Shown here one piece after another: positions 28,318 through 38,868 of a DNA stretch of 48,290 nucleotides (positions are counted from its first letter, which is position 1; each line of letters starts with the position of its first letter). The notes below the pieces were generated by a model, which ran no database searches, had not been told where the DNA came from, and worked only from the letters and a program-made list of their open reading frames with translations. Origin of the DNA: Promethearchaeota archaeon (GTDB lineage Archaea; Asgardarchaeota; Lokiarchaeia; Sigyniarchaeales; SOKP01); NCBI GenBank assembly GCA_048938025.1, contig JBHLMP010000029.1, positions 1 through 48,290 on the forward strand, read 5' to 3'. The position numbers and the translations under genes were made by a program.

Positions 28318-29616
28318 TTAAGATAGTTCTCTATTTTTTAAATATTTAGAAATTTTCAGTGCTATTCGTTCTTGTCGCTTCCAATCACCAAACGCATATC
28401 CCCTTGAAATTAGATTTTTCATCTCTTTTTTATATACCTCACTAATATGCTTAGCTGATTTTTTCTCAAATGGCGTTTGAGGTAAGGGAATAAAGGAATG
28501 TGCATGAATTCTTGCACCTAATTTTGATAAATCCTTCATCAAGTTAATTGTAAGCTCAATATCTTCATTGGATTCTCCGGGTAATCCAAAAATGAAATCT
28601 ACATTAATTTTTAGATTAGATTTTATAGTTAAATTTACAGCATTATATACATCATCGATTGTATGATCTCTATGGCATAATTCCAATATTTTTTGACTTC
28701 CTGATTGTGCTCCAATTGTTATATTATCATTATTAGCATATTTTAAAACTAAACTCAATGTTTCTTGAGTAACATGTTCTGGTCTTACTTCTGAAGGGAA
28801 TGAACCAAAAAAAATTCTTCCATTAGGAGCAATGATCTCCTTGATTTTAGTTAATAATTCTTCTAGTATTGGAATATTTAGCGTCTTTCCATCTAAAGAG
28901 CCATAAGAGAAAACATTGGGCGAAATAAATCTTATATCAGTAAGATCTCCATAGTAATTTTTTAATTCTTGTACATATTTACAAATTACCTCAATACTTC
29001 TGTGCCTTGGATAAACTCCCGAGAGATAGGGTGTTTGACAAAAATAACAAACATAGGAACACCCACGTGTTATTTCTATTGCTCCTGCTTTTGCATTTTT
29101 TATAGGAAAGGGTGGATAATCATCTAGATTAATAGGTTTTCGCTTACCAGTAAAATTGTATTCATTCGACTCATTTAAATAGGCAATTCCCTTAGTTTGT
29201 GTAAAATCTTTTCCCTTATCTATTTTTTTCAAGAGTTCTATTATAGTTTCTTCCGCTTCTCCAACTACAACTATATTAAATCCTAATTTAAGCGTTCCTA
29301 GAGGATCTCCTGTTGGATGAGGTCCTCCCGCTAAAAGAATCACATTTTTTGAGTATCTTTTCTTTAAAGCGGTAATGAAATTATAAATTTCCCATAATTG
29401 TGTAGTAAAAAAAGATATCCCAATAACAACTTGTTTATGCTTATTAATTATATCCTTCAAGTTATGAATAAGCTTATCTCTCTTTCTGATAAAATATATG
29501 GGAAATTGATCAAAATATTTATCCGTTTCTAAAGCTCCGATTAGAGCGTTAAAACTGTATATATTATTTTTATTATAATAAACAACAAAAGCAGTACTCT
29601 GAGACAAATTTTTCAT
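28318..29616 (-). CDS. B12-binding domain radical SAM protein (TIGR04013-like)
   Basis: AGGPHPTGDP, EITRGCSYVCYFCQTP, GSFPSEVRPE. Confidence 0.88.
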   Translation of the reverse strand: MKNLSQSTAFVVYYNKNNIYSFNALIGALETDKYFDQFPIYFIRKRDKLIHNLKDIINKHKQVVIGISFFTTQLWEIYNFITALKKRYSKNVILLAGGPHPTGDPLGTLKLGFNIVVVGEAEETIIELLKKIDKGKDFTQTKGIAYLNESNEYNFTGKRKPINLDDYPPFPIKNAKAGAIEITRGCSYVCYFCQTPYLSGVYPRHRSIEVICKYVQELKNYYGDLTDIRFISPNVFSYGSLDGKTLNIPILEELLTKIKEIIAPNGRIFFGSFPSEVRPEHVTQETLSLVLKYANNDNITIGAQSGSQKILELCHRDHTIDDVYNAVNLTIKSNLKINVDFIFGLPGESNEDIELTINLMKDLSKLGARIHAHSFIPLPQTPFEKKSAKHISEVYKKEMKNLISRGYAFGDWKRQERIALKISKYLKNRELS

Positions 29617-29748
29617 CCTTATTCATCAAATAAACTCTAATCTAGGTTTATTATATTATTTTTAATGCACCTTTCTGGTTCAGTATAATACTTAAACTTA
29701 AATTAGTTTTACGTGATTAATTAATAAAATTCAAATTAGGAAAATAAC

Positions 29749-30213
29749 ATGTTATTTAATGATTGGATAGCCACAACAATAGAAGAAGTTGGGATCTCTT
29801 TCTTTGACTTCTATTCGATAGGTCATATATGTTTTGGGGTTGGACTTTTTCTATTTTTTTCATTGTTTTATACTATACCAAAGAAAAGAGGGAAAGTTCC
29901 AATATTTTCATTGCTATTCGTGTTTATTCTCACTATGTTCTTTGTAATTCTATGGGAAATTATTGAAAATACTGTTTTTATATTTCTTGACTGGAAATTT
30001 GAAGGACGGGCTGATAGTTGGCAAAATCTTACTACAGATATTCTTATGGGTGCTATAGGAGGTCTTGGATCTTGGCTCTTCGCTTATTTAATTTTTGAGA
30101 AAGATAAGAATGCTTGGGGTTATTATATCTTTGGTTTTATAGGATTTGCACTGTGGCTCAGTGTTTTCATAGTATTGCGTTATTTAACTCTTAAAAATTC
30201 TCCAATTATTTAA
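29749..30213 (+). CDS. Hypothetical membrane protein
   Basis: Four TM segments; DFYSIGH, WEIIEN, DSWQN..TD motifs. Confidence 0.7.
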   Translation: MLFNDWIATTIEEVGISFFDFYSIGHICFGVGLFLFFSLFYTIPKKRGKVPIFSLLFVFILTMFFVILWEIIENTVFIFLDWKFEGRADSWQNLTTDILMGAIGGLGSWLFAYLIFEKDKNAWGYYIFGFIGFALWLSVFIVLRYLTLKNSPII

Positions 30214-30258
30214 CTTTTTTTTTATTTTATAATATTAAATTACTAAGTTGTATTAGTA

Positions 30259-31005
30259 ATGAATTTAGATAAATATATAACATTTGAAAAAGGATCTATT
30301 CCATTAATTTTATCAGTTCCGCATGGAGGTACTTTAGAATGTGAAAAAATACCTAAACGGGCGAATGGAGTTCTTGGAATAGATAAAGGTACTATTGAAT
30401 TGACTCAAAATTTGATCACTTATATTAAAAAAAACTCAGAAAATAAGATGATACCCTCATATATAATTTCAAATGTATCTAGGAGTAAGATTGATTTAAA
30501 TAGAGAAGAAAGTAAGGCATTCATCCAAAATTCATCTTTAGCTAAACAAATATATCAATTTTATCATAAAAAGATTAAAGACTTGATTTTAGAAAATATT
30601 ACCATTTTTGATAATTCACTGTTATTAGATATTCATGGTTTTGAAATTAGCAATCGCCCATCCGGTTTTAGGGATGTAGATTTAATCTTAGGGACTAATA
30701 ATTTAGAATCATTTTTTTCTAAGCCTATTCCGAAAAGACTTTGGGGGAATAACATTAGAGGGATAATCATAAAAAAATTTCTAGCATTAAAAATTCCAAT
30801 TGCTCCTGGTCATCCAAGGAGAAGAGAATATGCCTTAGCTGGAGGTTATATAACTCAATTATATGGTACTTCAAATATTTTAAAGAGTAAAACAATGCAA
30901 ATTGAGTTTTCTGACAGAATAAGGATTTTTAACAAGAAACTAAAAAAAATCGTACTTAAAACTCTCGCAGAAATAATAGTCAATGAATATACAAAAATTA
31001 ATTAA
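30259..31005 (+). CDS. N-formylglutamate amidohydrolase-like protein
   Basis: LILSVPHGG, SRSKIDLNR, LLDIHG, GGYIT, QIEF. Confidence 0.8.
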   Translation: MNLDKYITFEKGSIPLILSVPHGGTLECEKIPKRANGVLGIDKGTIELTQNLITYIKKNSENKMIPSYIISNVSRSKIDLNREESKAFIQNSSLAKQIYQFYHKKIKDLILENITIFDNSLLLDIHGFEISNRPSGFRDVDLILGTNNLESFFSKPIPKRLWGNNIRGIIIKKFLALKIPIAPGHPRRREYALAGGYITQLYGTSNILKSKTMQIEFSDRIRIFNKKLKKIVLKTLAEIIVNEYTKIN

Positions 31006-32207
31006 GATGATAATGGAAAGGTTCCATAAACTCTCCATATTGCTAAATCTTCGAATCCTAAAATTTCTGCTTGCGTTAATTGCCCATTACATGTATCTTT
31101 TAATTTTTGCCATAAATTTTTTGATATTTCATCAATTGATTTATTTTCAGTTATAATTTTTGAAGCATCTACATCAATATTACATCTCATCCATTCACAA
31201 GTTTTTGGATTTCCACAAATTTTAATAACTGGAGTTACAGGATTACCTGTAGGTGTACCTTGTCCTGTGGTCATTATAATAACTTGAGCTCCTGCCGCAG
31301 CAAGGCCTGTCATCGATTCTACATCAATTCCAGGCTCATTCATCAACCATAATCCTTTCCCTTTAGGTTCTTCGGAGTATGTGATAATGCCTTGAATAGG
31401 CGATACTCCTGCTTTAGCTATTGTTCCCAGGGATTTTTCTTCGATTGTTGTTAAACCTCCTTTTATATTTCCAGGAGTTGGTTGGATACCTCTGAAATCA
31501 ATTCCTAATCTCATTGTTCTTTCTAAAAATTCATTTAAAAGATTTTTAATTTGTTCAGCAGTTTTTTCATCTTTTGCTCGCTTTTTTAATAGATGTTCAG
31601 TTCCTATCCATTCCGTAAATTCTGGAAGAATACTTGTGCCTCCTAATTCAATTATTTTATCAGAGATCATCCCTACTGTGGGGTTAGCTGTAATTCCGGA
31701 TATTGAATCTGATCCGCCACACTCTAAACCTAAAACCAAATGTGAAAAGTCAAATGATTCGCGCTTTAATTCTTTCGCCTCCTCTGTCATTTTTTTAGCT
31801 AATTTTATACCTTTCTCAATTGCAGCTATTGAACCACCTTTAACATCTTGCACATTAAAAAATTCTACTGGTTTTTTCGATCTTTTTATTTGATTTGCTA
31901 ATTGTTTGCTAGTAAGATTTTCACAACCTAATCCAATGACTAAGGCGCCATATACATTGGGATTTTTGGCTAGCCCCGCCAAAGTGCGGAGTGTATAAGT
32001 AAAATCGCGTCCGAATTGACCACACCCAAGAGGATGGCAAATTTCAACAGAATTTTCCACATTTTTTGCGATTTGCCTAACAATATTATTAACACAAACA
32101 ACGCTCGATAAAATCGAAACTTTGTTTCGAATACCTACTTGCTTATTTGAACGTTGATATCCTAAAAATTCCTCAGTCATTCTCTTTTTCCCCCTCGAGA
32201 TAGGCAC
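31002..32207 (-). CDS. UxaA family (altronate/galactarate/sulfolactate) dehydratase, large subunit (start likely 32180)
   Basis: VGIRN, HPLGC, GLGCE, GLECGGSD..SGITANP, PGNIKGGLTTIEEKSLG. Confidence 0.9.
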   Translation of the reverse strand: MPISRGKKRMTEEFLGYQRSNKQVGIRNKVSILSSVVCVNNIVRQIAKNVENSVEICHPLGCGQFGRDFTYTLRTLAGLAKNPNVYGALVIGLGCENLTSKQLANQIKRSKKPVEFFNVQDVKGGSIAAIEKGIKLAKKMTEEAKELKRESFDFSHLVLGLECGGSDSISGITANPTVGMISDKIIELGGTSILPEFTEWIGTEHLLKKRAKDEKTAEQIKNLLNEFLERTMRLGIDFRGIQPTPGNIKGGLTTIEEKSLGTIAKAGVSPIQGIITYSEEPKGKGLWLMNEPGIDVESMTGLAAAGAQVIIMTTGQGTPTGNPVTPVIKICGNPKTCEWMRCNIDVDASKIITENKSIDEISKNLWQKLKDTCNGQLTQAEILGFEDLAIWRVYGTFPLSS

Positions 32208-32466
32208 TTTTAATATTATGCGTATGAATCCAATCTCCTTTCATAATATCTTTTGTTGCTAATCCAATAATTTCGCCATATTTAAAAATAAATTCTCCTT
32301 TTTTGATGTTGCTTAAGGCAACTTTATGACCATATGGTATAACTTGATTTATTTTAATTGTCTGATTCTTGCTAATTTCGACTATCTCATTTTGGGAAAT
32401 TTCTTCTAAAATTGTGGCGCAATTATCATTAGGATTCATTTTTATGAATTTTTTTCTCATAAACAA
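32173..32466 (-). CDS. UxaA family SAF-domain small subunit
   Basis: DNCAT, IPYGHKVAL, KYGEIIG, GDWIHTHN. Confidence 0.9.
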   Translation of the reverse strand: MFMRKKFIKMNPNDNCATILEEISQNEIVEISKNQTIKINQVIPYGHKVALSNIKKGEFIFKYGEIIGLATKDIMKGDWIHTHNIKSAYLEGEKEND

Positions 32467-32596
32467 TCCTGTTTTTTAATAATATTCTTAAAATATTTAT
32501 TTAAAAGATATATTTCAAATTTTTAATAAATATAATAAATATTTAATATTATTCTAGGTTTTACTATTAATAATTGAGATTATTCTAAGTTTAAAT

Positions 32597-32941
32597 ATGC
32601 CAGATGATCAAATTGACATTGATGATTTAGAGTCGTTCATTGATGGTCTAAAAACATCTTTAGACACATTAGAAGGCGCTAATCCAGAAGAAGTACGGGG
32701 ATTTCAGGCTCAATTAGCGAAAACTATTTCAGATTTAAGGATAAAGAAATCTGCTAAATTTGAACCCCTACCAAAATATATTGGTCATGTTACGAAGGAA
32801 GATCTTAAAAATTATTTGATGAAAGAATTAGAGGATCTTAGGAATCTTTTAGATACTGATGAATATTCTCCTTATCCAAGAAGGAAATTTAATCTAATAA
32901 TGAATATTACTAAACTTAGAGAAAAAATAAGTAGAATGTAA
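32597..32941 (+). CDS. Hypothetical protein
   Basis: 114-aa helical ORF filling the intergenic gap. Confidence 0.65.
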   Translation: MPDDQIDIDDLESFIDGLKTSLDTLEGANPEEVRGFQAQLAKTISDLRIKKSAKFEPLPKYIGHVTKEDLKNYLMKELEDLRNLLDTDEYSPYPRRKFNLIMNITKLREKISRM

Positions 32942-33047
32942 TTTTTATCTTTGTTTTTTCTTAATTTAACAGTATTTATATATAAAGACGAGTAATTTAT
33001 TATAACCGATATTCAATAACATTAAAACATTAAGAGATAAGTTAGAT

Positions 33048-34157
33048 ATGTTTGATAATTATTGTGAAAAATTGGCAAAATTAGCAATTAACTATTCTAT
33101 TGAAGTAAAAAAAGGAGATAGGATAGTAATTACTGGACCTGATTTAGCCAAAGATCTTTTCCGGGCACTCTACGTTGAAATATTAAAAGCAGGTGGTCAT
33201 CCATTTGTATTACAAGAACTAGAAGGAGAAGAGGAATTATTCTTCAAATATGCTACTGATGAGCAATTAGCTTATTTTGATGATATTTATATTACTATGG
33301 CAAAAGAATTCGATGGTCTAGTTCAAATATTTGGTGATTACAATATTAAAAGATTGTCTTTGGTTGATCCTAAGAAAATGAGAAAAAATCGTGGTGCTGC
33401 AAAAAGATTTGAGTTCATGAAAATATTTAATGAAAGGGAAGCAAAAGGAGAATTTAATTGGGTAGTCATACCATACCCATGCCAATCATTTGCTCAAGAA
33501 GCTAATATGGATTTACATTCTTACTTAAATTTCATAGAAAAAGCACTTTTCTTAGATAGGGAAAATTCTATAGAAGAGTGGAAGAAAATTCGTAAAAGAC
33601 AGGAAGAGATTGTAGACTACTTGAATAATGTAAAAAATGTACAGGTATTAGGTGAAGAAACTGATTTAACGTTATCAGTAGAAGGGAGAATTTGGGATAA
33701 CTGTAGTGGTCAAAAGAACTTACCTGATGGTGAAGTATTTACTGGTCCAGTTGAAGACTCCGTAAATGGACATATTAGATTTACATATCCTGGAATATAT
33801 CAAGGTAGGGAAGTTGAAAATATATATTTAGAATTTAAAGAGGGTAAAGTTATTAGAGGAACCGCTACTAAAGGACAAGAACTACTACAAGAAATATTAA
33901 AAATAAGGAATGCTAATCAATTAGGAGAATTTGCTATTGGCACTAATTTTGGAATTACCCAGTTTACTAAGAATATGTTATTCGATGAAAAAATTGGAGG
34001 AACAATTCATTGCGCTTTAGGTTTAGGGTTTCCTAAGACAGGATCCAAAAATTTTAGTGCCATTCACTGGGATATATTAAAAGATATGAAATTGCCAGGT
34101 TCAAAAATTTTAGCGGATGATAAGGTTATTTATGAAGAAGGTAAATGGAAAATCTAA
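33048..34157 (+). CDS. Aminopeptidase, M29 (AmpS/T) family
   Basis: NLPDGEVFTGP, LGEFAIG, LFDEKIGGTIHCALG, SAIHWD. Confidence 0.92.
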   Translation: MFDNYCEKLAKLAINYSIEVKKGDRIVITGPDLAKDLFRALYVEILKAGGHPFVLQELEGEEELFFKYATDEQLAYFDDIYITMAKEFDGLVQIFGDYNIKRLSLVDPKKMRKNRGAAKRFEFMKIFNEREAKGEFNWVVIPYPCQSFAQEANMDLHSYLNFIEKALFLDRENSIEEWKKIRKRQEEIVDYLNNVKNVQVLGEETDLTLSVEGRIWDNCSGQKNLPDGEVFTGPVEDSVNGHIRFTYPGIYQGREVENIYLEFKEGKVIRGTATKGQELLQEILKIRNANQLGEFAIGTNFGITQFTKNMLFDEKIGGTIHCALGLGFPKTGSKNFSAIHWDILKDMKLPGSKILADDKVIYEEGKWKI

Positions 34158-34246
34158 AATTATTTCTAACTTTTTTTATTTATTAAATACAATAGATTCT
34201 AGAAAAATTGCTAAAACCAGTCACATAATAAAGAATTAAAAGTACT

Positions 34247-35020
34247 TTGGTCTTTAAGATGTTAATTGATATCCACTGTCATGCTAATCTTTACTTAGCT
34301 ATTGATGAAATTATCCGAGAAGCTAAGAATGCAGGTGTTGAAAAAATAATTTCTGTAGGCATGAGTGCTATAAGTTTAGAAAGAGTCTTAGAAATATCAA
34401 ATCAATATGAGTCTATATATCCATCTTTAGGAATTCATCCAGAAGAAGTCCAAATGAATGAGCAAATTGAAAATCAATTAGATTCTGTAATTGAATTAAT
34501 TAGAAAAAATAAAGAAAATATTTGTTCTATTGGTGAGATTGGGTTAGATCATCATTTTGTAAAAAACGAGGAATTATATCCTCTTCAGAAAAAGATTTTT
34601 GAAAGGATGCTTTCACTTGCCCAAGAACTTCAATTATCTGTCAATTTACATACCAAAGGCGCAGAAAAATTAGTTTTTGATTTATTACCTTCTTATAAAC
34701 TTCCTAATGTAAATATTCATTGGTATTCTGGTCCTGAAAGTTATTTAAAATTAGGGATCGATCGAGGATATTATTTTTCCATTACTCCAGCAATTTCCTA
34801 TTCTCCAGCAGTGAAAAAAACTGCATTAATGGTTGATAAAGAGCATTTATTACTTGAAAGTGATGGTCCTGTAAAATATGCTGGAACAATTGGTACACCA
34901 GCAATGATTAGAGACGTATTAAACTCAATTTCAAAATTTAAAGAAATATCTGTAAATGAGTTAGAAGTTCAATTATATGAAAATACAAAAAGAATTTTTC
35001 CTAAAATTTTTGAAAAATAA
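34247..35020 (+). CDS. tatD: TatD family hydrolase
   Basis: IDIHCH, GIHP, IGEIGLD, LESDGP. Confidence 0.9.
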   Translation: MVFKMLIDIHCHANLYLAIDEIIREAKNAGVEKIISVGMSAISLERVLEISNQYESIYPSLGIHPEEVQMNEQIENQLDSVIELIRKNKENICSIGEIGLDHHFVKNEELYPLQKKIFERMLSLAQELQLSVNLHTKGAEKLVFDLLPSYKLPNVNIHWYSGPESYLKLGIDRGYYFSITPAISYSPAVKKTALMVDKEHLLLESDGPVKYAGTIGTPAMIRDVLNSISKFKEISVNELEVQLYENTKRIFPKIFEK

Positions 35021-35033
35021 GCTGAAAATGGTT

Positions 35034-36872
35034 TTATAAGTTATCTAATCCTAAATTTTTTAATTTTTCCTCATTAATTTTGCCAGTTTCCAAATCAAAC
35101 CCTCTATATTTATAATAAAATTCTTTTAATTTCTGAAAGTCAGGAGATTTTCCTGCCGCTTCACTTTTTTCCAAAGGCTTAAGAAGGATTTTTGGTAATC
35201 GATCGTCTGATGGTTTAATTCCCATTTTTAAATTAAATAAACGTTTCATCATGTAATTTCTCTCACCTAAGGTCTTTAGTTTTTCTAAGTTACAGTCTAT
35301 GCCCATACTTGTTTGTATCAGTTCAGCAATAGTTGATAGCATAGGATTAGCAAAAACACATATGGTCAAGGAACTATAGAGTGCTCTTAAATCTTGTAAT
35401 CTAGCACTCATAATAGCCATCTCTTCATCATCCTTAAATTTATCTATATATTCAATTCCAAATTCATCAAGTGGAATACCTAATAAAATAGTACACATAT
35501 CACATGAATTGTGACAAGGGCCTCTTGGAGTTCCTAAAGCATAAGCAACACTCATACCAAAATTACTTCTTAAATCATGATAGGGAACTTCCATCCCATA
35601 AACAGTTGCGATTTCTTCTTGATTAATTTTGAACCGTTTTCCGAATGCATCTGAACCTTCTGCAAGCAAATTCCCAACACCTTCCCTAAATGATATTTTT
35701 CTAATAAACTCAAATACAGGTTTAATGTCACCCCATTGTAATTTTAAACCATCAATATTCTCGGATTTAATTTTATTATTATTATAAAGATGATATAAGA
35801 AAGCAATTGCGCTACTAGTAGTTAATAGATCAATTCCATAATCGTTACATAAAATATTTGCTTTTACAATAGATTCCAGATTATCATTTAAAATCATCGA
35901 ACCAAATCCGGCTAGAGCTTCATATTCCGGTGATTCTACTTCGCCATCTGTTTTATATTCTCCCTCTTTAATAATTGCTTTTTTAGCACAACCTATTGAG
36001 CATGAAAAACAGGGATATTTCTTCACAACAATTTTTTCGGCAGCAGTATTACCGGAAATATTGTGTGCTCCGTCCCACTCATCACCCATTGTCCAATATT
36101 TCTTAGGCAATTCTCCTGTTATATTCCACAAATCTACTCCAGCAGTTGTACCAATATCACCATACATAGTAGTTGTAAAAGCAGTATTAACAGTATTTTG
36201 GGCTTTTTTAACAGCTTGTTTAAATCCCAATGGATCAGCTGGTTCATAAATTCTTTTTTTACCTCGAACTGTTATAGCTTTTAATTTTTTTGACCCCATA
36301 ACTGCTCCCATACCTGTTCTACCTGCAGCTTTTTCTTCTGAAGCAATTATCGCATATTTTACCAAATTTTCTCCTGCTTGACCGATACATGCCACTCTTG
36401 TTAAATTAGATCCTGATTTCTCTTTAAGTATTTGGGATGTTTCCCGTATCCCTTTTCCCCATAGATCAGTCGCATCTTTAAGTTCAGAGGAATTTTCAGT
36501 AATTTCAAGGCAAACTGGATGATCTGAAGCACCTTTTATGATGATCCCGTCATAGCCTGCTTTTCTTAATTCGTTACCAAAATAACCACCACAGCTAGAT
36601 TCCCCCCAAATTCCTGTATATGGAGATTTCGCACAAATAGCAATCTTAGCACTCGAAGGAGCATTAGAACCACATAATAATCCTGTCATAAACATTAAAA
36701 TATTTTTTGGAGATAGGGGATCTGTATTTTTATCCAAAAAATCATATAAATATCTACAACTATATCCCGCACCTCCTATAAATATCTTAGCAAATTCTTC
36801 ATTCAGTGGCTCGATAATAAGATCTTTTTTGCTTAAATCTACTTTTAAGAGTTTCCCTATAAATCCTTTCAA
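35034..36872 (-). CDS. aor: Tungsten aldehyde:ferredoxin oxidoreductase family protein
   Basis: AKSP.TG..GES, CIGQAGENLV, AGRTGMGAVMGSKKLKA, CFSCSIGC, PEYE. Confidence 0.92.
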   Translation of the reverse strand: MKGFIGKLLKVDLSKKDLIIEPLNEEFAKIFIGGAGYSCRYLYDFLDKNTDPLSPKNILMFMTGLLCGSNAPSSAKIAICAKSPYTGIWGESSCGGYFGNELRKAGYDGIIIKGASDHPVCLEITENSSELKDATDLWGKGIRETSQILKEKSGSNLTRVACIGQAGENLVKYAIIASEEKAAGRTGMGAVMGSKKLKAITVRGKKRIYEPADPLGFKQAVKKAQNTVNTAFTTTMYGDIGTTAGVDLWNITGELPKKYWTMGDEWDGAHNISGNTAAEKIVVKKYPCFSCSIGCAKKAIIKEGEYKTDGEVESPEYEALAGFGSMILNDNLESIVKANILCNDYGIDLLTTSSAIAFLYHLYNNNKIKSENIDGLKLQWGDIKPVFEFIRKISFREGVGNLLAEGSDAFGKRFKINQEEIATVYGMEVPYHDLRSNFGMSVAYALGTPRGPCHNSCDMCTILLGIPLDEFGIEYIDKFKDDEEMAIMSARLQDLRALYSSLTICVFANPMLSTIAELIQTSMGIDCNLEKLKTLGERNYMMKRLFNLKMGIKPSDDRLPKILLKPLEKSEAAGKSPDFQKLKEFYYKYRGFDLETGKINEEKLKNLGLDNL

Positions 36873-36945
36873 ATCTCTAACACCAATTCTTTATTAAACG
36901 TTAAATTTATCACTCTAAATTTAAGAAAAAAAGAAAATTATTGAA

Positions 36946-38145
36946 TTAAAAATCAATATCTTTCCCTTCGAAAGCATAATTAAAAAGCTTTCTAAAATAT
37001 TCATCCGTTATTGATCTAGGGGACATTACAACTGTTGCATCTTCAAAGCAACACGAGACCAATAAGTCTAAGTATTTCTCTAGATCTTCCCTTGAGATTC
37101 CTAAATCTTTCAGTTTCGTAGGGAAATCGACCTTTTTCTGAAGTTCTTTAATTTTTTCAATAACTAAAAAAGCAGCTTTCTTTTCCTCTTCATCCCAATT
37201 AGCCCAACCTAGCTGTTTTGCCATTTTTGCATAAATTTCTACTGTATTATCCCCCTCATCAGGGTTATTTAATAAAAATTGAGTTACATAGGGAAGAACA
37301 ATACCAACAGCTCTCCCATGAGCCGTGTTAAAAACAGCACCCCAACTATGACCCATCCCATGACCTATATGTAACTGAGAATTACTAAAGGCTAAACCCG
37401 CCATTGTTGCAGCTTGATGTAAGTAATCTCGAGCCTCTTGGTTTTCACCATCTTTATAGACAACTGGTAAATATTTAAATACAAGCTCTATCGATTTTAA
37501 TCCAATTGCATAAGAAAATTCATTTCTCCAATTTGAAACCATTGCTTCAATAGCATGGGAAAGCGCATCAAAACCAGTATCAACCGTTAATTTTGGAGGC
37601 ATACCGAGCGGAAATATTGGATCTACAATTGCAAATGTGGGTGTCAATCCCTTATGAGTGTAAATAAATTTTTTCCAAATATCATTTTCTAATCTTGAGA
37701 TAATAGCAGCATTAGTAGTTTCAGAACCTGTTCCGGAGGTAGTTGGTATAGCTATAAATGTTGATCTTTTACCAATGTCGTATAATTTATTATTAAAGGG
37801 GTGAACATCATCTATTGTAAAATCAGGAAATTCATATAATGCCCAAACAGTTTTGGCTGTATCGATAACGGAACCTCCACCTAAAGCAATGATAAAATCT
37901 GGAGCATAAGAGATACATTGCTCTCTTGCTATTAACACGCCCTCTTCGCGTGGATCGGGAATTACTTCCTTAAAAATTTCATAGATCTTACCAAACTTTT
38001 CTAACTTATCTGTTAAAATCTTTAGATAGCCTAATTTTTCTATAATTTTATCAGTTACTATAAAACATTTTTCTCCAGTAATATTTTCTAAAAAATCTAT
38101 GCTATCTTCCCCATATATTATATTAGGACTGTAAAAATACCACAT
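36946..38145 (-). CDS. Iron-containing alcohol dehydrogenase
   Basis: GGGSVID, IPTTSGTGSE, DALSHAIE, HGMGH. Confidence 0.92.
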   Translation of the reverse strand: MWYFYSPNIIYGEDSIDFLENITGEKCFIVTDKIIEKLGYLKILTDKLEKFGKIYEIFKEVIPDPREEGVLIAREQCISYAPDFIIALGGGSVIDTAKTVWALYEFPDFTIDDVHPFNNKLYDIGKRSTFIAIPTTSGTGSETTNAAIISRLENDIWKKFIYTHKGLTPTFAIVDPIFPLGMPPKLTVDTGFDALSHAIEAMVSNWRNEFSYAIGLKSIELVFKYLPVVYKDGENQEARDYLHQAATMAGLAFSNSQLHIGHGMGHSWGAVFNTAHGRAVGIVLPYVTQFLLNNPDEGDNTVEIYAKMAKQLGWANWDEEEKKAAFLVIEKIKELQKKVDFPTKLKDLGISREDLEKYLDLLVSCCFEDATVVMSPRSITDEYFRKLFNYAFEGKDIDF

Positions 38146-38282
38146 TATTTTTTTATTCCTTCTTATTTTTTATTATTTAAAGTGTAATTGATTTTAAATA
38201 ATAAAAGGCTTAAATCTTTTTTTAAATGACTTAAAAGAATTTACATTTATGAAAATAAAAAAAATTGTTAAACTCACTTTTA

Positions 38283-38696
38283 TTATAAATAATCTGTTTT
38301 AAACATCCCAAGACTTTCGATTATTTCTTGAGCGGCTTTTGTATGGCGCATTAAGTTTGCCATGTTTCCCTCAAGTCTTAACTGCCCTGCCATTATTGCC
38401 CTAATAGGGTCGATTTCCTTTTTCATTACTTTTACAAAGTTAACATAAGGTCCAGCCATTATATATTCTGTTTCTACTTCTTCTCCTTCTTTTACTAATC
38501 TTGCCTCTGTGCATTCTCCATGGTAAAGACCTAAAAAAACTCTTACTTCATGATCTAAATTTCCACTTGGTTCAATAACGAGAAGCATATCTCCTTCCCA
38601 AGTTAACGCAGATGGTTTATAATTAGGATTTTCATTAATGGCATTTCCAAATGCTTTAACCCATTCTTCAGTTAACATTTTCACCATTTTTATCAA
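38283..38696 (-). CDS. SCP2 domain protein
   Basis: EEWVKAF..INEN..Y, IDPIRAIMAGQLRLEGN. Confidence 0.85.
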   Translation of the reverse strand: MIKMVKMLTEEWVKAFGNAINENPNYKPSALTWEGDMLLVIEPSGNLDHEVRVFLGLYHGECTEARLVKEGEEVETEYIMAGPYVNFVKVMKKEIDPIRAIMAGQLRLEGNMANLMRHTKAAQEIIESLGMFKTDYL

Positions 38697-38868
38697 ATTT
38701 GAAAATTTTATTTTATTTTTATTTTCTTTAAATTAAACATTTTAATTAAAGAGTTGTTTATAAATAACTTACAAAGACAAAATTAAAGAAACTTTTTATA
38801 AACTATGAGATCACATTAGGATATAATAGATATTAGAATAGTTAATTAGAAAATAAAAAGTTGAAAAA

